Below, piece by piece: positions 28,981 to 40,744 of a stretch of 64,000 nt of DNA. The notes below the pieces were generated by a model. That model was not told the DNA's origin. It searched no databases and saw only the letters and a list, made by a program, of their open reading frames with translations. The stretch is from an uncultured Gemmatimonadales bacterium. Its GTDB lineage: Bacteria; Gemmatimonadota; Gemmatimonadetes; Gemmatimonadales; GWC2-71-9. Each line of letters opens with the position of its first letter. Position 1 is the stretch's first letter. Both the position numbers and the translations under genes were made by a program. The stretch is taken from assembly GCA_963728915.1 (NCBI GenBank), contig CAVSLV010000001.1, positions 1,248,001 through 1,312,000 of the forward strand, given 5' to 3'.

Positions 28981-29778
28981 ATGACGGGCGCTGCCCGCTA
29001 TAGCGAGATGTTCCGCCGCCTGTCGGCCCGGGGAGAGGGAGCCTTCGTTCCGTTCCTGATGCTGGGAGACCCGAACCCGGAAGCGAGCCTGGCTGCGGCA
29101 CGCACCCTGGTCGAAGCCGGCGCCGATGCGCTCGAGCTGGGGCTTCCCTTCTCCGACCCTGTGGCCGATGGCCCGGTGATTCAGGCCGCGGCCTCGCGCG
29201 CACTCGCGGCAGGAGTCCGGCAATCCGATTGTTGGGCGATCGTCTCGCGCCTCCGCACCGAGCATCCCGCGCTGCCGATTGGCCTGCTGGTCTATGCGAA
29301 TCTCGTCTGCCATCGCGATCCAGCCGATTTCTATCGGCGCGCCTCTCGGGCAGGCGTGGATTCGGTGCTGGTGGCCGATCTTCCGACCGATGAGGCGGCG
29401 ACGATCCTCGAGGCCGCCAAACAAGCTGGCATCGCCCCGGTCTTCATCGCCCCGCCCAATGCCGATGAGGTCCGGCTCCGGCGGATTGCCAGTCTCAGTC
29501 AGGGCTACACCTACGTCACATCGCGGGAGGGCGTCACCGGGGCGGATGACGAGCTGCGAAGGACCTCCGCCTCGATTCTGTCGCGACTCCGGGCCATGAA
29601 CGCCCCGCCGGCGCTGCTTGGATTCGGGATTGCCCATCCCAAGCAAGTCCGCCGCGCCCTGGAGCTGGGCGCGGCGGGAGCGATCAGTGGATCGGCGGTG
29701 GTGGAACGATTGACAAGGGGGTCCGACCTCGCGGGCTTCGTTCGCGCCATGAAGGACGCGACGAAGAGCCCTGGCTAG
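28981..29778 (+). CDS. trpA: Tryptophan synthase alpha chain
   Basis: ELGLPFSDPVADGPVIQ, SREGVTG, GFGI, SGSA. Confidence 0.97.
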   Translation: MTGAARYSEMFRRLSARGEGAFVPFLMLGDPNPEASLAAARTLVEAGADALELGLPFSDPVADGPVIQAAASRALAAGVRQSDCWAIVSRLRTEHPALPIGLLVYANLVCHRDPADFYRRASRAGVDSVLVADLPTDEAATILEAAKQAGIAPVFIAPPNADEVRLRRIASLSQGYTYVTSREGVTGADDELRRTSASILSRLRAMNAPPALLGFGIAHPKQVRRALELGAAGAISGSAVVERLTRGSDLAGFVRAMKDATKSPG

Positions 29779-30236
29779 ATCGGCCAGCCCTGCGGCTTCT
29801 CCTCCATGACCAGCACGATCGGGGCATGCAGCTCACTGGCGAAAACCGTCGATTCGAGCGGCATCGTCTGATCGGTCTCTCCCTGTCCCACCGGAATGAA
29901 GCACTTGAAGGCGATATGGAGGGCCGGTTGGTCCAGGAGGGCCGGCGGCGGCACCCGCGACGGAGAGAATGCCATCGCATCGTGCAGCGTCGCCAGGACC
30001 CTGCCGGAAATGAGCACCTGATGGTCCATCAGGGTCCTGAGCATCCGGTACGTGAGCGTTGTGGACTCACCGCCACGCGTCAGAACGCCAAAGACCGGTG
30101 CCTCAAAGCGGCCTGAGCGGGGAAAGATCGCTACTCCATAGCCGCAGGATGTTCCGCTATCCTCCACGGCGGCAATGGCTTCCGTGATCAGGTCGTGGAC
30201 TTGGGTCAGGTTGCCCGGTGTCGGATCGACATTCAT
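29775..30236 (-). CDS. Hypothetical protein
   Basis: 153-aa ORF with ATGA overlap to the upstream kinase; no family recognised. Confidence 0.6.
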   Translation of the reverse strand: MNVDPTPGNLTQVHDLITEAIAAVEDSGTSCGYGVAIFPRSGRFEAPVFGVLTRGGESTTLTYRMLRTLMDHQVLISGRVLATLHDAMAFSPSRVPPPALLDQPALHIAFKCFIPVGQGETDQTMPLESTVFASELHAPIVLVMEEKPQGWPI

Positions 30237-33200
30237 TGCACTGGCTCCGTTGGTGCCCGAGATTCTGAACCGGCAGGTCCCGGGCCAACCGACCCGGCGG
30301 GGAGGAATGCAAGCCGGACCACCGTTCCGCGCCCTTCTTCACTCTCCACACTCACCGCACCGCCCCAGCTTTCGACCAATCGCTTGACGATTGCGAGCCC
30401 CAGGCCGGAGCCGCTGGTCGAGGTCGAGAACCGAGGTTCGAAAATCCTCGGCAGCAGCTCGGCGGGGATGCCTTTTCCATCGTCCAGAACCGCGAGGGTG
30501 GCGCCCCGGATTCGAATGCGGATAATGCGGGCCCGCGCGTTCCGGGAATTCTCCAGCAGGTTGACCAGCGCCTCCTTCACCTCGTCCGATCGCGCGGCGA
30601 CCGGCTCGGGGTTCTCGGTCTCGACCACCAGGTCCGCGCCTTCGGGGCCCAATCGGTAGAGATCCGCGACGTCCCTCACGACCGATGGCAGCTTGACTGT
30701 TTCGAGGGGCCCCCGCTCGGAGGTCGGCATTCCGAATCGGCTGAAGGAGCGCGCGATACGATCGAGCCGATCGATTTCTGCGAGAATCCTCGCCGTGGTG
30801 CCCTCGAGCACCGGGCCGATCGCGGTGTGTCCGTCCTCATAGACCCGGCGCAGGTGCTGCACCCCGAGCCGCATCGGAGTCAGCGGGTTCTTGATCTCGT
30901 GAGCGACCTGGCTCGCCATCTCGCCCCAGGCAACGATGCGAGCAACCCGCTCCTGGGCTTCCTGCGTCTTCTTGACGTCCGCGGTCATCTTCTGGAAGGC
31001 GCCGTAGACCGGCGCAAACTCCGGCGCGGGCGGTTGATTGGGAAGCGCCACCGGCTTGCCTTTCCCGAACGCCAGCGCGGCACGCTGCAGCTCGGCGACC
31101 GGACGGGAAAGCGCGCGCGCGGCGACATGCGCGGCCAGCAACGACGCCCCGATGCCCAGCACGGTGAGGAGGACGAAGAGCATGGCAAGGGCCCGCTGCC
31201 GCTCCTCCAGCACCGGATCGAGTCCAGTCTGCGGCATGGCCAGCACGGCAGCTCCGCGATCCGCCACCCGCATGGCGCGATATCCGACCCGGACGTCGAC
31301 CGCACCGGAGGCCCCCTGGCCGGTCGTCACTTCCGCGCCGTCGATCACCAGCCGATGATAGGCGGCCGGATCCATGACCGGCGACACCAGACCGAGCGAC
31401 TGGAGCAGGCCACCGCTGGTGCCGAGTTGCAGCTCTCCGTCCCGGTAGACCAGGAAATCGGCATCGCTCTGGTCACTCAGGGCGAGGAGCTCGTCGGTCA
31501 TGGCCGCGGAATCGGCGGCCAACGTGGCACGGGGCGGCATGACGTCGCGCAGGGTTTGTTCGATGCCGCGATCCCGGCTGGCGCGGACCTCCCCCCGAAG
31601 GCGCCCGATGCCCCACGCGGCGAAACCCACCGTGGGCGCCAGGAAAAAAATGGCGAGCGCAACGCCGATGCGGGCTTCGTAGGAGCGGAACTGGGGCAGC
31701 CAGGATGGACGACGAAGGGGTTCACCGGTCACGACCCCGGAGAGCGTCCACAGCAGGGCGAGAACCAGGCCATTCAAGGCCAGGAGAAGGGCACCCCGAA
31801 CCGAAAGCTCTTCAGCCTCACCCAGCTCGACGGTGCCATACAGGTCTCGAAGGGTTCCCGACACCGGAACCGTGGTTTGACCGAGCGCCTGGCTTCCCTC
31901 CCGGCGCCAGTCAACCTCCGCATCGCCGGCAAGCCTGGTGGGCATTGGAGAAAGGGCGAGATGATAGAGCGGCCGACCGGTGTTACGTACCCCGAGCAGA
32001 CGTCCCACCCGTGACGGGGCGATCAGACCGCTCTTGGGACCGACCGCCACGGAGAGCACATGCGATGAATCCTCCCGAACCACCAGGAGCTGGTATCGGC
32101 CGGGTTCCCGATCCAGGGCGGTCACCCTGATGGAGTCGGCTGGCGCCAGCGATCGCAGCACGGAAGCGATCGCCTCGCTGGGAAGGTCCATTTCGTCGAG
32201 CCGAAGCATCAGGGTGCTGGTTCCTTCCGGTGACCAGACCCCGAGCGAGATCGGGACGCCGGCAGAGTCCAGGTCCGATCGTTTCCAGATCGAATAGAGG
32301 GAAGCCACCGACTCCGGGGGGGGCTGGTGCACCAGGATCCGCCCGAGCGCCTCGAGTTGGGCCCGGATCGCCGGATTTTCCGGTTGGGTCAGCCCCAGAA
32401 TATCGGCCTGGGCGGCGTGCACCTTCGCCTGAGTCCCGGCTCCCCACGCCAGCACCGCGGCCAGGCTCCCGGCAGCGATACCGATTCCGGCCACCTGGGA
32501 TCCGCGCGGCTGCGGCTGCAGGAGAGGAAGAATCGGCAGCAGCCAGAGGGCGAAGTACCACGAAGGCCACGAGGTGAAGGGGTGCCACAGGTAGTAACCC
32601 GCCCCGGCGGCTCCCATGGCCAGCACCACGGTGGCGAGGAGCGGCAGGCGATGGAGCCGGGCCCGCTCCGGCTCCGGAACCGGAGCGAGCGCGAGCGAAA
32701 GGAGCCCGGCCCCGAACAGGAACAGGGTGAGGTCCCAGATCAGGAAGAGCCGCACCGAGACGCCCCGGGGGGGAATCAGGATTCCTCCGCCTAACCCGGC
32801 AAGGAGGAACGGCATGGCCAGCAGGAGGGCCGCCGCCGGCGCGCCCATCCATGGGGGAAGCCGCCAGCGCCGGAGAAAGCGGGCCAGCAGGAGCAGGGCC
32901 AGGCCGGCCAGCGCCAGGGCCGCCGCCGAGGACGACACCGGCCCGAGCAGCGGACTTCGGTATACGGCGGGATCGAACCAGTCGGGAATCCCCAGGCTGT
33001 CGCCCAGGGGAGACCGGACCACCAGGGCCAGGGGAAGCAAGAGGACCAGCAGGCGCCCTAACCCGGCAGGCGCCAGGACCAGGGCGCCTCCCATGGTGAG
33101 CAGGAGGAGCCACCCGACCCGGAACGAGGCGAGGTCCCTCGCCCGGGCGATCGCCGCGCTCTGCTCCGGCGGCACGAACTGGACGCTGAAGAGCACCCGG

Positions 33201-33940
33201 GGGCCCGCCGTGGTGGGCATCTCGTAATCGAACACGTCCGAGATGTCGGGTGCCGCTTCGGGCGCCAGGATGCGCAGACCGACCTCGGTTTGTTCCCGGA
33301 ATCGGGCCGAGACGCTCCGATCCGCGTCGGGAACCACCGGATCGGCCCCGAGCAGGACCGTCCCGATCGCGGTCCGGCCGAGGGAGTCATGGCGCCGTAC
33401 CTCCAGGACGGCGTAGAATGGGGTGAGTCGAGCGTCGACCGAATCGCCCGCCGCCTCGGGGAGCAACCGGAACCGGCCGGCCCAGATTCGCGGTGTGCCG
33501 GTGGGCTCGAACACCATGACGCCCGATTCGAGCGCACCTCCACGAATGAGCAACCCGGCCGCGTCGAACCCTTCCTCCCGGGGAATGGCGCCGAGGAAGA
33601 GTGCTTTGGCCGCCAGGGAGTCGGCCCGAAGTCGCGCGGTAGTCAGATCGGCATTGAGGCGAGCCGAGGCCCGCTGGATCCGACGCTCCCGCTCACCCTG
33701 GGGACCGCTCCAGTGGTGCTCCAGGCGGTCCAGGGTCCGCTGGCTGATGCCAAGCAGAATCGCAGTCGCGGCGGGAAGCACAAGGAACCAGCTGTGCCGC
33801 CGGAGTCCGGCGACCACAAGCAGGAGCAGGAGCAGCCCGGCGATTCCCGCCCAGAGCCAGGACGGCGAACGCAGCCACTCGCCGAGACCAATCGTGGCGC
33901 CGGCGAGGAAAAGGACCCAGAGCGGAAAAGGACGCTTCAG
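30233..33940 (-). CDS. Large polytopic NtrY-like sensor histidine kinase
   Basis: Many TM segments, HAMP, AWGEMASQVAHEIKNPLTP, FEPRFST; frame stays open with a hydrophobic segment up to CTG 33940 (ORF track starts at 33817). Confidence 0.85.
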   Translation of the reverse strand: MKRPFPLWVLFLAGATIGLGEWLRSPSWLWAGIAGLLLLLLVVAGLRRHSWFLVLPAATAILLGISQRTLDRLEHHWSGPQGERERRIQRASARLNADLTTARLRADSLAAKALFLGAIPREEGFDAAGLLIRGGALESGVMVFEPTGTPRIWAGRFRLLPEAAGDSVDARLTPFYAVLEVRRHDSLGRTAIGTVLLGADPVVPDADRSVSARFREQTEVGLRILAPEAAPDISDVFDYEMPTTAGPRVLFSVQFVPPEQSAAIARARDLASFRVGWLLLLTMGGALVLAPAGLGRLLVLLLPLALVVRSPLGDSLGIPDWFDPAVYRSPLLGPVSSSAAALALAGLALLLLARFLRRWRLPPWMGAPAAALLLAMPFLLAGLGGGILIPPRGVSVRLFLIWDLTLFLFGAGLLSLALAPVPEPERARLHRLPLLATVVLAMGAAGAGYYLWHPFTSWPSWYFALWLLPILPLLQPQPRGSQVAGIGIAAGSLAAVLAWGAGTQAKVHAAQADILGLTQPENPAIRAQLEALGRILVHQPPPESVASLYSIWKRSDLDSAGVPISLGVWSPEGTSTLMLRLDEMDLPSEAIASVLRSLAPADSIRVTALDREPGRYQLLVVREDSSHVLSVAVGPKSGLIAPSRVGRLLGVRNTGRPLYHLALSPMPTRLAGDAEVDWRREGSQALGQTTVPVSGTLRDLYGTVELGEAEELSVRGALLLALNGLVLALLWTLSGVVTGEPLRRPSWLPQFRSYEARIGVALAIFFLAPTVGFAAWGIGRLRGEVRASRDRGIEQTLRDVMPPRATLAADSAAMTDELLALSDQSDADFLVYRDGELQLGTSGGLLQSLGLVSPVMDPAAYHRLVIDGAEVTTGQGASGAVDVRVGYRAMRVADRGAAVLAMPQTGLDPVLEERQRALAMLFVLLTVLGIGASLLAAHVAARALSRPVAELQRAALAFGKGKPVALPNQPPAPEFAPVYGAFQKMTADVKKTQEAQERVARIVAWGEMASQVAHEIKNPLTPMRLGVQHLRRVYEDGHTAIGPVLEGTTARILAEIDRLDRIARSFSRFGMPTSERGPLETVKLPSVVRDVADLYRLGPEGADLVVETENPEPVAARSDEVKEALVNLLENSRNARARIIRIRIRGATLAVLDDGKGIPAELLPRIFEPRFSTSTSGSGLGLAIVKRLVESWGGAVSVESEEGRGTVVRLAFLPAGSVGPGPAGSESRAPTEPVQ

Positions 33941-34576
33941 ATGACGCGACCGTTACGACTGAAAGAGATGATTCCGGCGCGTGCGATCGAAGTGTTCATG
34001 CGGATCCCCCGTTTGTTGATCCCAGCGGGAACCCTGGAAAGCCGGGGACCCCACCTTCCCCTCGGGTGCGATTCCGTCATCCTGGATCGACTCGCAGACG
34101 ATCTGTCGGCGGCGACCGGAATCGCCCGGGCCCCAACCCTGGAATTCGGGGTCCACACCGCTGCGGAGGAGACGCATCCTGGCACTGCCGCGCTCAGCCG
34201 GAAGACCCTCCACCGGGCTGTCAACGAACTTATCGCGGTGTGGGAAGAGGTGGCAGGAGTCCGGGACACGCTCATCCTCACCGCGCACGCGGCCGATCCC
34301 CACCTGGAGGCGCTTTCCACCATCAGAACGATCGGGCGGGTCAGGGTGGTCGACATCCTCGCGCTCGAAAGCCTGCTCCCGATCCGGGAAATCCAGACCG
34401 GGCCGTGGCACGGCGGCGAGATCGACACTTCCCTCATGTTGTACCTGGCGCCCGAGCTGGTCGACGCCTCCCGGATCCCCCCGCTCCTTCCCATGAGCGC
34501 GGAGAAAGGAGCAAGATTCTACGAAGCAATCAGACGAACCCTTCTCGACCTTCTGTCTGAGTTGGTTAAGTCATAG
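33941..34576 (+). CDS. Creatininase family protein
   Basis: GTLES.GPHLPLGCD, HPGT, LTAH, HGGEIDTSLM. Confidence 0.8.
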   Translation: MTRPLRLKEMIPARAIEVFMRIPRLLIPAGTLESRGPHLPLGCDSVILDRLADDLSAATGIARAPTLEFGVHTAAEETHPGTAALSRKTLHRAVNELIAVWEEVAGVRDTLILTAHAADPHLEALSTIRTIGRVRVVDILALESLLPIREIQTGPWHGGEIDTSLMLYLAPELVDASRIPPLLPMSAEKGARFYEAIRRTLLDLLSELVKS

Positions 34577-34610
34577 CGCGCTTTTATCTTACACCTGCTT
34601 CGTCACAAGC

Positions 34611-34637
34611 TGAAACTCAGGCGGTTGCCGCTACGTT
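34611..34637 (+). promoter_or_regulatory. Candidate ECF-sigma promoter upstream of the tolC operon
   Basis: TGAAAC-N17-CGTT about 33 nt before the ATG. Confidence 0.35.
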
Positions 34638-34669
34638 CTACCACTGTGGATCATCTGGAGTATTCCCGA

Positions 34670-36241
34670 ATGCCTAACATGGTACGCCGACTCTCCATGC
34701 TCTCGTTGTGTTCTCTCGCCTTTCCCCTGGCGCTCGACGCCCAGCAGCCGGCGCCCCCAGCCGCCCCGGCGCGAGCCGAGCAGACCGTGAGTCTCTCGCT
34801 GAGTGAGGCATTCGACCAGGCTCGCCGACACAGCCCGGCCTACCGTCAAGTGCTGAACGATGCCGGCCCGGCGAGCTGGAGCGTACGGAACGCCTACGGA
34901 GGGTTGATTCCGACCTTCGACGTGAGCAGCGCGATGTCCTATGTCGGGTCGGGCCGGAGCACGTTCGGGGGCACCACGTTCCAGCAGAATTCGCCTTCCC
35001 TCAACTCGAGCTATTCCCTCTCGTTCAACTGGACCCTGTCGGGAGCTCGGTTCACCGCGACCGGGCAGCAGAAGGCGAACCGGAACGCGACGGACGCCGA
35101 TATCGCCAACTCCCTGGAGGCGCTCCGCAGCGACATCACCCAGCAGTACCTCACCGCGCTCCAGTCAGTTGCCCAGACGGAAGTGGCCCGACAACAGGTG
35201 CAGCGGAACGCCGATTTCCTCGCGCTCGCCCGAGCCCGCTACCAGGTGGGCCAGGCCACCATGCTCGACGTCCGCCAGGCCGAAGTCACCAAGGGACAAT
35301 CGGACGTCGCCCTGCTGCGCGCCCAGCAGACCGAGAACGAGGCCAAGCTGGAGCTGTTCCGCCGGATGGGGGTATTCCTGCCCACTCCACCCGAAGCGGT
35401 GGCCCTGACCGATTCCTTCCCGGTCACCACGCCGCAGTTCGATCAGCAGCAGCTGCTGCAGATGGCCAAGGACGAGAATCCTTCGCTCAAGGCCTTGCGG
35501 GCGCGGGAGACCGCCTCGGTGTGGAGCCTTCGCTCTGCCAAGACCACGTTCCTTCCGACCTTGAGCGCCTCGGCCTCGATCTCGGGTTACACTCAGCAGT
35601 TCACCAACGAAACGCTCTTTCTCGGAGGCCGGCTTTCGGGCGCGCAGTCCACCGCCGACAACTGCCGGTTCCAGAATGCCATCATCAGCAATCTGCCGAG
35701 CGGCGGCCTCCCGGGATTCGATAACGGCGGTCTGATCGACGACTGCAATGCCTTCGCGAATCTCGATCCGACCGGACAGGGGCTTGACCCGACGTTCCGC
35801 CAGCAGCTGATCGACAACAACCGGGTCTTCCCGTTCGCCTTCACCAGGCAGCCGTTCCAGGCCTCGGTCCGCGTTTCGCTGCCGATCCTGGACGGATTCT
35901 CCCGCAATCTCCAGGTCTCTCAGGCCAAGGCGGCGCGGGAGGACATGGAAGAGAGCGTTCGGGCTCAGGAGCTTCTGGTGGAGACCACGGTGGTTTCGCG
36001 GTACCTGGGCGTGCAGAGCAACTATGCCGCGATTCAGGTCCAGGAACAGAACCGCAACGCGGCCCGTGAACAGCTCCGGCTCGCCCAGGACCGGTACCGC
36101 CTTGGCGCCGGCTCCTCGCTCGAGGTCTCCGATGCCCAGGCGGCGGTGGCCCGTGCGGAAACTGATTACGTGAACGCCGTGTACGAATACCACAAATCCA
36201 TCGCGCTGCTCGAGCTGGCGGTGGGCCGCCCCCTGCGCTAA
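34670..36241 (+). CDS. TolC family outer membrane efflux protein
   Basis: Signal peptide; two OEP repeats (ARYQVG..T.LDV.QA, DRYRLG..S.LEV.DA). Confidence 0.9.
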   Translation: MPNMVRRLSMLSLCSLAFPLALDAQQPAPPAAPARAEQTVSLSLSEAFDQARRHSPAYRQVLNDAGPASWSVRNAYGGLIPTFDVSSAMSYVGSGRSTFGGTTFQQNSPSLNSSYSLSFNWTLSGARFTATGQQKANRNATDADIANSLEALRSDITQQYLTALQSVAQTEVARQQVQRNADFLALARARYQVGQATMLDVRQAEVTKGQSDVALLRAQQTENEAKLELFRRMGVFLPTPPEAVALTDSFPVTTPQFDQQQLLQMAKDENPSLKALRARETASVWSLRSAKTTFLPTLSASASISGYTQQFTNETLFLGGRLSGAQSTADNCRFQNAIISNLPSGGLPGFDNGGLIDDCNAFANLDPTGQGLDPTFRQQLIDNNRVFPFAFTRQPFQASVRVSLPILDGFSRNLQVSQAKAAREDMEESVRAQELLVETTVVSRYLGVQSNYAAIQVQEQNRNAAREQLRLAQDRYRLGAGSSLEVSDAQAAVARAETDYVNAVYEYHKSIALLELAVGRPLR

Positions 36242-36256
36242 GGGAGAGGATCGCTC

Positions 36257-37561
36257 ATGTCACGTCGTGCCAAGTGGACGCTGGGTCTCACCATTCTCGT
36301 CGTCGTATTCGGCGGGTTTATCGCCCTGAGCGCGGCCAAGAAGGGCAGCCGTGCCACCGAAGTGCGCCTCGACCCGGTGATGGCGCGCGATCTGGTCTCG
36401 ACCGTGACGGCCAGCGGGCGGGTCGAAGCCAAGACCAAGGTCGATATCAGCGCGGATATCACCGGCCGGATCACCAAAATCGGAGTCAAGGAAGGCGATC
36501 TGGTCGAGAAGGGTCAGTTCCTCCTTCAGATCGACCCAGCCCAGTATCTCTCGATCGTGAGCCGGCTGGAAGGACAGGTCGCCTCGGCCGAGGCGGGGCT
36601 GGCCCAGGCGCAGACCAATCGGGACCAGACCAAGCGGAGTCGCGATCGCTCGGTCGAGATCCAGAAGGCCAATCCGGAATTGATCGCGCGGGAAACCGTG
36701 GAACAGGCCGTCCAGGCCTACGACGTTGCGGAGGCCAACCTCCGCTCGGCCCAGGCGGGAGTGGATCAGGCCCGCGCTTCGCTGGCCGAGGCCCGCAGCA
36801 ATCTCGCCAAGACGAAGCTGGAGAGTCCGATTGCGGGACGAGTAGTTCGGCTGGCGGTCGAAGAGGGCGAAGTGGCGGTGCCGGGGACGTTCTCCCGCGA
36901 AACCGGTCTCCTCATGACTATCGCCGATCTTTCCGTGGTCCTGGCCAAGGTTCAGGTCGACGAGACCGACGTGGTGCGCCTCCATCTGGGCGACTCGGTC
37001 TCAGTGAGTATCGATGCGTTTCCCGATACTGCGTTCGTAGGCCGGGTGACCAAGGTCAGCCAGAGCGCCCAACTCGGCCAGGCCGGCACCTCGAGTGGAG
37101 GCACCACCGATCGCGCGGTCGACTTCACCGTTGAGGTGACGCTCGACCGTCCGCCCGAAGGCATCCGCCCCGATCTTTCGGCCACGGCCCGGATCATCAC
37201 CGACACCAGGAAACAGGTCCTGTCAGTGCCGATCATCGCGCTCACCGTGCGGGAGCATGAACCGGTTCCCAACGAGGTGACCAAGGGAACCGGCACTCCC
37301 CTCGGCGCGCCGTCCACCGCCCTGACCGCGGCCCAGCGGAAGCAGAACGAGAAGGAGGGCGTGTTCCTCGTCAAGAACGGCGTCGCCACGTTTCAGCCGG
37401 TGCGGATCGGGATCACCGGCGAAGAGCACTTCGAGGTGCTCGAAGGCCTGCACGCCGGCGACACCGTGGTCGCGGGACCGTATCAGGCGGTGCGAGACAT
37501 GAAGGACAGCACCAAGGTCCGTCAGCAGCGGGAGATCAAGCCGCAGGGCAAACCGCAATGA
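36257..37561 (+). CDS. MacA-like periplasmic adaptor subunit
   Basis: TM helix, lipoyl halves ([19 protein letters not shown]), coiled coil, VDETD. Confidence 0.92.
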   Translation: MSRRAKWTLGLTILVVVFGGFIALSAAKKGSRATEVRLDPVMARDLVSTVTASGRVEAKTKVDISADITGRITKIGVKEGDLVEKGQFLLQIDPAQYLSIVSRLEGQVASAEAGLAQAQTNRDQTKRSRDRSVEIQKANPELIARETVEQAVQAYDVAEANLRSAQAGVDQARASLAEARSNLAKTKLESPIAGRVVRLAVEEGEVAVPGTFSRETGLLMTIADLSVVLAKVQVDETDVVRLHLGDSVSVSIDAFPDTAFVGRVTKVSQSAQLGQAGTSSGGTTDRAVDFTVEVTLDRPPEGIRPDLSATARIITDTRKQVLSVPIIALTVREHEPVPNEVTKGTGTPLGAPSTALTAAQRKQNEKEGVFLVKNGVATFQPVRIGITGEEHFEVLEGLHAGDTVVAGPYQAVRDMKDSTKVRQQREIKPQGKPQ

Positions 37562-38261
37562 GCGACCTGGTCATTCAGATCCGGGATCTGACCCGGGTCT
37601 ACGCGATGGGGGTTGAAACGGTGCACGCGCTCCGGGGCGTCACGCTGGGCATTCGCCGGAACGAATACGTCGCCATCATGGGGCCCTCGGGCTCGGGCAA
37701 ATCGACCCTGATGAACCTGATCGGGTGCCTCGACACCCCGACCGGGGGCGAGTACTGGCTCAACGGCCAGGAAGTCTCCCGGATGGGCGACGACGCGCTG
37801 GCCCGGGTGCGGAACCGGGAAATCGGATTCGTCTTCCAGACCTTCAATCTGCTGCCGCGCGCTTCGGCGCTCCAGAACGTCGAGCTGCCCCTGGTGTACG
37901 GTGGTGTCAGCAGCCGGGAGCGACGCCAACGGGCAACCGAGGCCCTGGCCCGGGTCGGCCTGGCCGACCGGATGGACCACCGTCCCAACGAGCTCTCCGG
38001 CGGCCAGCGGCAACGGGTGGCCATCGCCCGTGCCCTGGTCAACCGCCCGGCGATCCTCCTCGCGGACGAGCCCACCGGCAATCTCGACAGTGCGACCAGC
38101 GAGGAGATCATGCGGGTCTTTTCGACCCTTCACGGCGAGGGCCAGACCGTCATCATGGTCACCCACGAGGCGGACATCGCGGCCCATGCGGCCCGGGTCG
38201 TCGTCCTCCGGGACGGCCGGGTCGCCAGCGATACACTGAGCGGCCAGGGCGCGGCGGCCTG

Positions 38262-38262
<1 letters not shown>
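37558..38262 (+). CDS. ABC transporter ATP-binding protein (MacB/LolD type)
   Basis: [29 protein letters not shown]. Confidence 0.96.
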
Positions 38263-39499
<1,237 letters not shown>

Positions 39500-39503
<4 letters not shown>

Positions 39504-40744
39504 ATTCGGCTGCCCGCCTCCTCGAAGGCATGGGAATGGCTCTCGATTCGGTCCGCGCCAACAAGACCCGCGCGGCGCTGACGATTCTCGGGGTCGCCAT
39601 CGGCGTCATGGTGGTGATCGCGATGGCCTCGATGATCACGGGAATCAATCGCTCGGTCGAGAAGCAGCTGGAAACCCTCGGCCCGAAGACCTTTTTCGTC
39701 TTCCGGTTCTTCCAGGGCGGAATCGTGATCAGCGATGGATCGGACGAGATGTCGCCGTGGCGGCGGAACCCCTGGCTCACCACCGAGGAGGCGGACTACC
39801 TGCGCAGCCTGCCGGCGGTGCGGGACGTCGCGTACCGGGAGAATGCCAGTGGCCCGGTCAGCTACGGCGATCAGCGGCTGTCCTCCGTGTCGGTGATCGG
39901 AGGCACCACCAACTGGCTCCGGGTCACCGGGGGCGACCTGTCCTCGGGGCGGAACTGGAACGAAATCGAATTCGCCGCCGGCGCTCCCGTCGCGGTCATC
40001 AACGACAAGCTGGCCGAGACGTTTTTCCCCGGCATCGACCCGATCGGGAAACGGATCAAGATCTTCGGATACCCGATCGACGTCGTGGGCGTCTATGCCG
40101 ACGCCCAGAGCCTGTTCGGCGGCAGCGCGAGCCCGAGCATTCGATTGCCCCATACCACCTTCACCCGGATGGCGGATTACCAGAAAGGGTGGATGAATTT
40201 TGTGGTAATCCCCAGCGACACGGTGACTGTGGCGCAGGCGCAGGATGCGGTGATCTCCGCGCTCCGGGCCCGGCGCGGGCTTCGCCCCGCCCAGGAGAAC
40301 AACTTCGCGGTGGTCACCCAGGACAAGCTGCTCGACACCTTCAACAGCATCACCCGCGGCTTCTTCCTGGTGATGCTCGCGCTGTCCAGCGTGGGACTCA
40401 TGGTCGGGGGCGTAGGCGTCATCGCGATCATGATGATTTCGGTGACGGAGCGGACCCGGGAGATCGGAGTCCGCAAAGCCCTGGGAGCAACCCGTCGGGA
40501 GATCCTGTTCCAGTTCCTGGTGGAGGCCGCCTCGCTCACCCTGCTGGGCGGGTCGATCGGCATGGCCTTCGGCGCGCTCATCGCGTTCCTGGTCGGCCGC
40601 TTCACGCCGGTTCCCGCGGCGGTGCCGCTCTGGTCGGTCGCCGCCGCCCTGATCGTTTCGGCGATCACGGGAGTGTTCTTCGGGATGTATCCCGCCACCA
40701 AGGCCAGCCGGCTCGATCCGGTCGAAGCGCTGAGGTACGAGTAG
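39500..40744 (+). CDS. MacB-type ABC permease (B)
   Basis: NKTRAALTILGV, GGVGVIAIMM, ERTREIGVRKALGA. Confidence 0.93.

Noticed and set aside
21935..30236. Integrative element at tRNA-Ala carrying the trp operon
   Set aside because: No integrase and no duplicated tRNA 3' end found by eye
33937..34494. 185-aa minus-strand ORF whose stop overlaps the kinase CTG
   Set aside because: Antisense to the creatininase-family gene, Ser/Arg-rich, no recognisable motifs
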